Origin: Bugula neritina
Lineage: Eukaryota; Animalia; Bryozoa
NCBI GenBank assembly: GCA_964035545.1
Contig: OZ037770.1
Coordinates: 4,930,662-4,994,661, forward strand
Reading direction: 5' to 3'
DNA length: 64,000 bases
The notes below the pieces were generated by a model that saw only the letters and a list, made by a program, of their open reading frames with translations, had not been told where the DNA came from and searched no databases. Positions 45,401 to 57,400 of this stretch are shown here, piece after piece. Made by a program: the position numbers and the translations under genes. Position 1 is the first letter of the stretch. Each line of letters opens with the position of its first letter.

Positions 45401-48400
45401 GTAGTTTACTAGTATCTATTTCCCATTAAATGCTTATTAGCTTTCTGTAGTTTACTTTGAATATGCCTTGTCGGAATAAATTTGTTTCTTGGATATTTTA
45501 CCTGATTGGATATACAAGTAGTATATACAGTATATAATATTACCCTGATACAGTGGATTACATATATTATGTACCTTTTATTACAGTCTATGTCAGCTGA
45601 CTCAGTTAGAGAAACTAAACATAAGATGGAATCCTCTCAACACAGTACCAGAAGTTGTGTCATCACTCACATCACTTGAAGAGTTGAAAATGGAGAGCTG
45701 TAACTTATCTACTCTACCTGAGAGGTTTGTGGAACACAGTCCTAAGTTATTCAATAATTCAACATTTCACATAAATTTATATGCCTACCATTTCTTTCTA
45801 AAGTGTATATAACCCAATTCTGCTATGTTAAAAACTCTAAAATGTTTCTTTTTTAAATTATCTCGTAGTTTGCCATAACCTTGAAATATCATCAGTAATT
45901 TATGGTTGTATAACATTGAATATTATTATGCCACAAGACCTTTTTGCAATTACATGTAATTAACAAACAGCCATCTACAGTTTACTGGCAACCATGTCAA
46001 TTATCGAATCTTCCTTAGCTTCTTGCCTTAATCACTTTGACTATCCATTGCTGGAATTATTGTGTTTTCTGCATTTTTTACCTGGCTGACTACGCTTAAG
46101 CAATATAGTCTATACAGTGTATAATATTATCACACAGTAGACTACATATATCTTAGCCTTTATGATTATACAGTCTATGTCAGCTGACTCAGTTAGAGAA
46201 ACTAAACATAAGATGGAATCCTCTCAACACAGTACCAGAAGTTGTGTCATCACTCACATCACTTAAAGAGTTGAATATGGGTAGCTGTAACTTATCTACT
46301 CTACCTGAGAGGTTTGTGGAACACAGTCCTAAGTTATTCAATAGTTCAACATTTCACATAAATTTATATGCCTACCATTTCTTTCTAAAGTGTATATAAC
46401 CCCATTCTGCTATGTTAAAAACTCTAAAATGTTTCTTTTTAAAATTATCTCGTAGTTTGCCATAACCTTGAAATATCATCAGTAATTTATGGTTGTATAA
46501 CATTGAATATTATTATGCCGCAAGACCTTTTTGCAATTACATGTAATTAACAAACAGCCATCTACAGTTTACTGGCAACCATGTCAATTATCGAATCTTC
46601 CTTAGCTTCTTGCCTTAATCACTTTGACTATCCATTGCTGGAATTATTGTGTTTTCTGCATTTTTTACCTGGCTGACTACGCTTAAGCAATATAGTCTAT
46701 ACAGTGTATAATATTATCACACAGTAGACTACATATATCTTAGCCTTTATGATTATACAGTCTATGTCAGCTGACTCAGTTAGAGAAACTAAACATAAGA
46801 TGGAATCCTCTCAACACAGTACCAGAAGTTGTGTCATCACTCACATCACTTAAAGAGTTGATTATGTGGAGCTGTCAATTATCTGCTCTACCTGAGAGGT
46901 TTGTGGAGTCTTTTATTATTTCAATCATTCAATAATTCACATTTTGATATAATGCTTACCAAGTATTGCTAAATAGTGTACCATTATGTACCGTTAAAAA
47001 GCATAAAGCTATAAATTGTAATTTGCTTGAGTATATATTATATTAAAGTTTCTCGAAACTTGAAAATAAACATCTTTTAATCATTTGGCATTACATTTCC
47101 TATTGCTATAAAACCTTCGTTAACAAATAATATAGCACCCACTTGTAGTTTACTAGTATCTATTCCCCATTAAATGCTTATTAGCTTTTTGTATTTTACT
47201 TTGAATATGCCTTGTCGGAATAAATTTGTTTCTTGGATATTTTACCTGATTGAATACACAAGTATAATATACAGTATATATAATATTATCCTGATACAGT
47301 GGATTACATATATTATGTACCTTTTATTACAGTCTATGTCAGCTGACTCAGTTAGAGAAGCTGAACATAGTGAAGAATCCTCTCAACACAATACCAGAAG
47401 TTGTGTCATCACTCTTATCACTTAAAGAGTTGAATATGAGGAGCTGTGAATTATCTGCTCTACCTGCGAGGTTTGTGGAACACAGTCTTTCTGGTTTCAA
47501 ACATTCAATAATTCACATGTTGATATAATGCTTACCAAGTATTGCTAATTAGTATGTCACTATGTATTGTTGAAAAGCATAAAGCTATAAATTACAATTT
47601 TCTTGAGGCTATATGATATTAGAGTTTCGCAAAACTTAAAAATAAACATGTTTTAATTATCACACATTACATTTCCTATTGCTATAAAACCTTCTTTAAC
47701 AGATAATATAGCACACACTTGTAACTATAGTTACTAGTATCTATTTCCGATTAAATGTTTATTGGCCTAGCTTTTATATTTTACTTTGAATATACCTTGT
47801 CGGAATAAATTTGTTTCTTGCATATTTTACCTGATTGAATACAGAAGTATAGTACATACTCTATATGTGACCAGTCGCGACAAAACCGGGGATGTGGCGG
47901 CGTTTATTAAGTGTAGTAAATGAAGGTTTAATTTGGAAATACTTAAATTTGAAATTAATTTCCAATTTTTAGATTTTAGACTTTTCTAGTGCAAAAAAAT
48001 CTAAGGATTTCAAAAATCATACTTTCGTAAGCATTTGATGATTCCTTCAGCTCTAAAATTGCATTTAACGTTGGTAACTAAGGCTTTCAATTTTTTAAAT
48101 GATGAAAAAATTGCGAAGTTATCGATTAAAGAAAGAAGACAATTTTAGTCACTTTCATAGCATGAGATCTTGCGAATTTATTTTTTATCAAATGAATTTA
48201 GCTTACACCTCTCTCTTCGTACTGTCAGAACCATCATATTTAAAATCGAAGGCTAGTTTTAGTTTTTCATCGTGTTCCATCCAAAGTTAGCTTTTAAGTT
48301 ACTGAGCTGTTTTGCCCTTTGGTGATAAATGCTGAACTTAATCTTTATCTTTAGCGTTCAAGCTTGAAAACCACAACAATACAGGTAATTATACTCAAAA

Positions 48401-51400
48401 CAATCATTTACGCTACTAACTTAGAATTGTTGCCAGGATTATTTGTAGTTATCAATTTAATAATATTTATACTATGACTAGGAGTAGGAGTCTGTCTTAG
48501 TCTATTCTATTCTATACTACTACTAGTAACTATTTAAATGACTTTCACTATGACTCACAGTTTGAGGTACGGTTACTCATAATGATAATCATAATGACTA
48601 TTATTCATGATTTACTGATACTGGTATTTGGTAGTAAAACCAAATGTAACTCATTAATAATACTAATAGTAATAGTATAACTTATAACTATAAGTATAAG
48701 TAATTAATAATTATAAATTCACTATTACCATTAGTATTACTATTACTTATTACTTATTAGTATTACTGTATTATTATTTGGGTCTGACTCTGAGTTTTGC
48801 CTTTGCTATTAAAACTTGATACTCATACTGATAGTATTATATTTATTGATTTATTCTATAGTTAATATTTCAATTTACATTAGACTTACTCTTACTCTTA
48901 GTTACTTTTAGCCTCTGTCTTAGATTTTGTCAATACAGTTACTGATTACTATTACTATTAGTATTAACATTTGGCCTACTAGTACTAGTCAAACTACCAG
49001 TTCCTTTTGTGATTTTTAAATTAGCTCAAAGTTTGATTTAAAATATAATGATAAAATCTTTATCACATTATGCAGGCTTACAGTTAGTGTTACTATCAAA
49101 ACTCAATTGATAATCATATTTATATTCATAAAAGCATCACCTATAATTAAATTGAAATGATAAATGTGACTAAATGTAAATGATTATAATGATGAAATAT
49201 TAATGCGAGTTCATGATGATTCTATAGTTGACTTGACTTAGTTTTTCAGTAACTTACTTTTAGTCTTATTTAGTGAGTAGTAACACTAACTGAATGCATA
49301 AATAGTCTAAACTTTTTAATTTTATTATAAGATGAGCAAAAATTTATTCATATTTTAAAGTAATTCATTGAATTCAAATTGATTTTATAGTAAATGTCTT
49401 CAATAGGTTCAGTTGCACTTAGCTAGCTTTTTTACTCAATTAAATGCCCGAGTGGTTAATAGTTATCTAAAGACATTGCTTCAAAATTGCCAATTGCAGA
49501 TATGCTAGATATTCAAGTGCATAATGTGTAATTTTACTGATAATACTATGTTAATATAGAATAATCCGATATTCTGTACATTTTAGAAAATGCACTTGTG
49601 AGGGCATTAGAGTGAAGACTTATACCTACACAACTCTACTACCTATCAATCTAATACTTCTAATGTAGACACTCCGAATTATGGCTTGCAAGGTTATGGC
49701 TTCTGCTTATTTCATTCATAAAAAGGTTTGCAGTCTTTTAATGATGTGCTTGAAAATTATCAAGCATTTTTTTAATTTAAATTGTTCTGTTTAATTCAAT
49801 AAATTTAAACGTTGATGAAATGCAGGATCACAATTAACTACTGCCATAATAGTACTACAAGAGTGTTCAGCCAACTAAATTTTTATAATATAACTGGGTA
49901 TAATTTCTAATCAAGCTACCGTTTCCTTTTGTTATTTAAAAAAAAGTCAACATTGTACTTTCAGCTCTGGAATAGACAATAAGTGGGTAGATTTGCAGAA
50001 TGGAGGTCAAGTAGCAGCATCTATAATTGCTAGAAAATCAACTGATGATAGTGATGAAGCTTTTGCCACATACATGATGTTATGTGTCCATACTCCGTAA
50101 ACTCATATTATGAAGACCAAGAAAGTAGAAAGATGATAAGTGCCTTCTCTGCAAAAACCGTAGAAGCTATCTAATTTTCTTTTCTTGATAAGAGTTAATT
50201 CAAGCATAATGGTTGTATCCAGGCTGGATTTTTTACTGCATTCAATTGGTTTTTTAAAATAATGTATTTGATGTTTTTTTTAAATGTGAATATTAATGCC
50301 TAATAAAACTCAAAAGTTCGAATAGCTGATTTTTGTTTATAATATTTTCAACATCTCAGCCAAATCAATTGCTAAATTTAGTTGCTGTTAGAGATTATAA
50401 AGATATTTATAAATGAACCTCGCATGATCTCATAATAGTCAAATAATTTTCTCATAAGTGTTCTACTCATAAAGCAATAATTATGAAACAGCACAGCTCA
50501 ATAGCTGCAGTTTGATATATTACAGAATATATTAGAGGAAAGGGAGGTATTCAATGTATAAGAGGAAGCAGCTGCCATTTTGTTTTATATGATTTCCTGC
50601 TGACTTGGATGCCTAATTTAAATATCTCAACACACAAACTTGCTGAAACATCTTCTTTGCTGGAATTGTTAAACCTTTCAACCATTAAACAAAGTAAAAA
50701 GCAAATTGGCAAATAAATTAGACAAAAAGTTTGACGGCCATATTTGACCTAATTTCATGTTGAGGCAGCATGAAATTTAGTTTAACAGAAAGCCCAAACT
50801 TTCACAATTATTTTGATACCAAATTTGTCACTATTCCTGTTATACAAAGACCCGTTGCTAAGGCTTGTAAATTGTAAACAAATAATTCTCAACTTATTCT
50901 AGAGTTGCCAACTTTAAACGCGATTTTCTCGAAACAGTAATTTAGAAATTCTAAAAACGTTGAGGTTTTTAAATACTGATATCTCGAGTTCTACTTATGC
51001 TAGAGACTTCAAATGAAGTGCAAAATGTTCAGAAAAGTCTGCTCTATCACTCTATAGTGATAACTAGATATCCAACATTTTATATACATCCCTTGCTTTG
51101 TGGTGCCAGGTCACATATACAGTATAATATAATATTATTCTGATAGATTGGACTATATATATGTACATTTTCTATACTTTTTATATTACAGCTTATGTCA
51201 GCTGATTCAGTTAGAGAAACTACACATAGCAGATAATTTTCTCTACACAGTACCAGAAGTTGTGTCATCACTCACATCACTTAAAGAGTTGTATATGTGG
51301 AACTGTAAATTATCTACTCTACCTGAGAGGTTTGTGGAACACAGTCTTTCTTGTTTCAAATACTCAATAATTCACAGGTTGATATAATGCTTACCATGTA

Positions 51401-54400
51401 TTGGGAATTAGTATATCACTATGTATTGTTGAATAGCATAATGCTATAAATTATTATTTTCTTGAGGCTATATGATATTAGAGTTTCTCAAAACTTGAAA
51501 TAAATATGTTTCAGTTATCTGGCATTAAATTTCCTATTGCTATAAAACGTTCTTCAACAAATACTATATAGCACCCACTTGTGGTTTACTAGAATCTATT
51601 TCACATTAAATGTCTTTTACTTTGAATATGCCTTGTCGCAATAAATTTGTCTTTTTTCTGCATGTTATACCTGATTGAATACACAAGTATAGTAGACAGA
51701 GTACGTACTATTATCCTGGTACAGTAAATTACATATATTATGCACTTTATATTACAGTCTATGTCAACTGAATCAGTTAGAGAAACTAGACATAGCAAGT
51801 AATTCGCTCTACATGGTACCAGAAGTTGTGTCATCACTCACATCACTCAAAGAGTTGGATATGTGGAGCTGTACATTATCTACTCTACCTGAGAGGTTTG
51901 TGGAACACAGTCTTTCTTGTTTCAAACACTCAATAATTCACACATTGATATAATGCTTACCCAGTATTGCTAATTAGTATGTCACTATGTGTTGTTGAAA
52001 AGCATAGAGTTATAAATTACATATTTCTTGAGGCTATATGGTATTAGAGTTTCTGAAAACTTGAAAATAAATATGTTTCAGTTATCTGGCATTACAAATT
52101 TCTTATTGCTATAAAACCTTTTTAACAAATAATATAGCACCTACTTGTAGTTTACTATAGTGTGTATTTCTCATCAAATGGTTATTAGAGCCTTCTGTAC
52201 TGTACTTTGAATAATATGCCTTAGAGTAATAACTTTGCTACTTGGATATTTTACTTGATTGAATATGCAGTGTTTGTTATGATACAATAGATTAAATATA
52301 TCACATACTTTATATTACAGCCTGTGCCAGCTGACTCAGTTAGAGAAACTAAACATAGGAGGGAATCCTCTCAACACAGTACCAGAAGTTGTGTCATCAC
52401 TCACATCACTTGAAGAGTTGAATATGGAGATATGTAACTTATCTACTCTACCTGAGAGGTTTGTGTGCCACAACAAATTTTATATATCACTTTTAACATT
52501 CAACAATTGTTATTTTGAAGCAGAATTTCAACACAGTAAGTACTACATTGAGATGTATATACTTTTTCTCTGCAAACCTCCATATGAATCTTCCCGTTGC
52601 TGGGCATATTGTCAATTAGCACACTATCTAGAAGTTTCCTCTGCTTCACAAGTTATTTTATAGTATTTCTATATCTTTTTGAATATTTCCCATGATAGGT
52701 TGACTGGGCTGTTTTTCAGAAGTCGTTTTAATAACTCTTTTCATTATATTATAACTATAGCTACTTCTGTACACATAATTGGTATATATTATATTATTAT
52801 TATAGTAAAACAGTTTCTTATTACTGTCTGATTGAATGCACAAGTGCTATATACAGTACATAATATAATCCTGATACAGTGAATTACATATATTGTGCGC
52901 TTTATATTACAGTCTATGTAAGCTGACTCAGTTAGAGAAACTAGACATAAGTGGAAATCCTCTCAACACAGTACCAGATGTTGTGTCCTCACTCACATCA
53001 CTTAAAGAGTTGGATATGAGGAGATGTAACTTATCTAATCTACCTGAGAGGTTTGTGTGTCACAGTCTTTCTTGTTTCAAATACTCAATAATTCACAGGT
53101 TGATATAATGCTTACCATGTATTTGGAATTAGTATATCACTATGTATTGTTGAATAGCATAATGCTATAAATTATTATTTTCTTGAGGCTATATGATATT
53201 AGAGTTTCTCAAAAGTTGAAAGTAAATATGTTTCAGTTATTTGGCATTACATTTCCTAATGCTATAAAACCTTCTTCAACAAATACTATAGCACCCACTT
53301 GTAGTTTACTAGAATATATTTCACATTAAAATCTTATTAGCTCATTCGCTTATTTAACTTTGAATTTGCCTTGTTGCAATAGTTTTGTTCCTTGGATATT
53401 TTACCTGATTGAATAGACAAGTATAGTATACACAGTATATAATATTATCCTGATACAGTAGATTACATATATTGTGCGCTTTATATTACAGTCTATGTAA
53501 GCTAACTCAGTTAAAGAAACTAGGCATAAGTGGTAATCCTCTCAACACAGTACCAGAAGTTGTGTCATCACTCACATCAATTAAAAAGTTGGATATGTGG
53601 AGCTGTGGATTATCTACTCTACCTGAGAGGTTTGTGTCATCCTAATGTTTGAAACATTCAATAATTCACATGTTGATATAATGCTTATACCAAGTATTGC
53701 TAATTAGTATGTCACTATGTATTGTTGAAAAGCATAAAGCTATAAATTAGAATTTCTTTGAGGCTATATTGTATTGGAGTTTCTCAAAACTTGAAAATAA
53801 ATATGTTTCAGTTATCTGGCATTGAATTTCCTATTGCTATAAAACCTTCTTCAACAAATACTAAAGCACCCACTTGTAGTTCACTAGAATTTTTTTCACA
53901 TTAAATGTCTTTTACTTTGAATATGCCTTGTCATACTAAATTTGTGTTTTTTTTTTCATGTTATACCTGATTGAAGACACCAGTATAGTATACGGAGTAC
54001 ATACTATTATCCTGATACAGTAGACTACATATATTACACACTTTATATTACAGTCTGTGCCAGCTGACTCAGTTAGAGAAACTACACATAAGAGACAATC
54101 CTCTCAACACAGTACCAGAAGTTGTGTCATCACTCACATCACTTAAAGAGTTGGATATGAACAACTGTAAATTATCTACGCTACCTGAGAGGTTTGTGTC
54201 ATCTTAATGTTTGAAACATTCAATAATTCACAATTTGATATAATGCCTACCAACTACCAAGTAGTGCTAATTATTATGCCATCATGTATCGTTGAAAAGG
54301 ATATAGCTACAATAGATTACAATTTTCTTGAGACTATATGACATTAAAGTTTCTCAAAACTTTAATTAAATAAACATGTTTTAATCATCTGGCATTACAT

Positions 54401-57400
54401 TCTCTATTGCTATAAACCTTTCTTTAACAAATAATTTAGCACCCACTTGAAGTTTACTAGAATATACTTCACATTAAATGCTTATTAGCTTTCTGTATTT
54501 TACTTTGAATTTGTTTTGTTGCAATACATTTGTTTCTTGGATGTTTTATCTACTTGAATATGCAAGTATAGTATACAGAGTACATCCTTTAATCCTGATA
54601 CAGTGGATTACATGTATTATACACTTTATATTGCAGTCTATGTCAGCTGACTCAGTTAGAGAAACTGGACATAGGATGGAATCCTCTCAACACAGTACCA
54701 GAAGTTGTGTCATCACTCACATCACTTAAAGAGTTGGATATGTGGAGATGTAACTTATCTACTCTACCTGAGAGGTTTGTGTGCCACAACAAATTTTATA
54801 TATCACTTTTAACATTCAATAGCTATTATTTCATAGCAATATTTCAACACAGTAAATACTACATTAGGATGCAAACCTGCAAACCTACATATGAATCTCA
54901 CCGTTTCTGGGGATATTGTCAATTAACACACTATCTATAGAAGTTTCCTCAACTTCACAAATTATTTTATAGTATTTCAATATCTTTTTTGAAATGCTTA
55001 CCATGATAGGTTGACTATGCTTTTCTTCAGAAATCGTTTTAATAACTCTTTTCAATATATTTTAACTATAGCTACTTCTGTATACAAAATTAGTTTTTAT
55101 TATATTATTTTAATAACATATTATCTCATTATTTTCAAATTAGTCAGAAAACCACTTCCTTATATTTTCAATGACATCATATATCACATACTTAACTCAA
55201 TAAACTGTATTGTGTAAGGCTCATTAGTAACAATGCATGGTGGATTATATAGTATGTTTTACTTAAATAATCACATTTGAGGTACAAATATTTCGACATG
55301 AAAGATCTGACATTATATTGCTAACCTAAGAAGAGAAAACAAATCATATATTGCCACTTTGTTTTTTGCATGCTCTACTTTAGTTGTCTCTCTCAACTCT
55401 TGGTGTAGTAGAAGCCAATTTTTATTCTATTCCTGTTCTCAAATAACCAATGAATATATTTCTTTATATCTAATTCACATTTTTAAGTGACTAATTAACT
55501 GGCCTTTAAAAGTGTAACATGTTCCTTGCAAGACGATGACTTTCCAGAGTTGTATTCTATCATAGTGAAATAATTCACAGCTTCTACTTTCTGTCTAAAA
55601 ATATGCTGCATTTATTAGAATACTTAGTGGGAAGTTGTGTCAGAAGTATTTTTTTTTATTGAAACTACTTTAATGCCTTGCGTAGGTGTTTCAGAGCTGT
55701 ACTGTGTTCCTATTTGATGATAAATTACATGTATTATGGCACATAAAACAATATTCCTTATAATTATAACATCCATATAGTAGAATATCAGTGTGAACAG
55801 TTACTCAGTGATCAGAAGTGTCAGAAGTATTTTATTTTTACTTCACATTACTTTAATGCCTTATGCAGCTGCCACAAAGCTGTAGCCTACCATGTTCCTA
55901 TTTGCTGATAACTGTATCATGGCACATACTAGAAATTTTCTTCTCTGTATTATAAAATATTATTCCTTCTAGTAGAATACTTGTGTGAACAGTTACTCAG
56001 TGATCTGCCATATAGAAAAAGATTTCTGTATGATAGTATTCTGTCTAGGGTGTGTTTTTATGACAGTACTTAGTACAAATGTAGCACTTTTCTTACCAAA
56101 TATACTTATAATTATACTGTTATATATATCTCTATGAAATACTTAAAACTTTATGCATCGTATATATATAACATGATACCCGTACATAATTGTAACTTAG
56201 ACATACTTGTTTTCTTTCCTAAATTAATGTACTAATTCAAGGTATTGTATATAAACTTGTTATAGCAACTGCAACTCAGTACTATATTATGTGTAATTAT
56301 TGTTATACTAATATTGGGTATCTTTATGAAAACTATTATATCAATTATCTGTATAGTTAGGTCTAATAATAGAAATATTATATATTGTTAGAATACAGAG
56401 ATTAAAGAAGTTACAGAAACTCAACATTTCAAGGAATAAATTCACCAGTCTCCCATCTTCAGTATGTGCATTGAGCAATCTGCACATACTGAATATATCC
56501 TACAACGAATTTATGGAATCTTTGAGCCCTGAGATACTACAGCTAACACATCTTAGGACCTTCGATACATATAGCTGTGATGCTCTTACATCTCCTCCAC
56601 TGGAAGTCTGTAAAAGAGGACTCGATGCTGTGCGACAATACTACACAGACTTGGCTAAAGGTGCTGGTAGAAATCTTCCATTTGCTACAATAGTGGTGTT
56701 GGGGAACACCATGGCAGGTAAAACCAGTCTAATCAGAACATTACAGAGCACTGACAAGAAAAGAGTTTTAACTGACAGAAGTCCTAATGCAGAGTATGAT
56801 GAGACCACAAAAGTGTTCAATGTGGAAGAGGTGGAGGTGGATGGTACAACTCTTCGTCTCATAGATATGGGAGGCCAGGAGGTCTACCATATCACATACC
56901 ATTTAACACTGAGACAGAATTGTGTACCAGTAATTGTAGTCAACATGGAGCAGTATGATCAGATTTCGAAAATGTCTACAGACAGAGAGGCTGTGAGAAA
57001 GCTGGCTTTTGACTTCATGTCTCACCTCTATCTCGCTCATCCAACTCTTGGCCCACCTAAGCTTGTTTTCACACACAAAGATAAGTTTCCGAGTGAAGTT
57101 TTCCAACGGCTTCGAAAAAAGTTTCTTAAAGTTTCTGAGAAGTTATGCAAAAATATTCTTGAAGAAGAGAACAGTTTGGAAGGTGACTTTGCTCGAATTC
57201 AACATTTCACTGCATCAAACGGAAAAGTGTTCTCCAATGACAACATATATGAAGTTGGGAAATTTGACGAGTACAAGATATTTGAATCGATTAAAAAATC
57301 TCTTCTTCAAAGTTGCCAACACTTTGTGAAGCCACTTCCAAAAGTCTGGGAGGATGTCAACAACAACATTTTGTCATTACAGACCTCACATAACACCTTT

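Noticed and set aside
45725-47495. CACAGT motifs just after several LRR exons, resembling RAG heptamers
   Set aside because: They read CACAGTC/A rather than CACAGTG, I found no nonamer at 12/23 spacing, and they are absent from several cassettes.
43850-54774. Regularly spaced repeats suggesting a CRISPR-like or DGR-like system
   Set aside because: The repeats are spliceosomal coding exons with homologous introns. There are no cas genes, no template/variable repeat pair and no evident adenine-specific variation; nearby RTs are ordinary retroelements.
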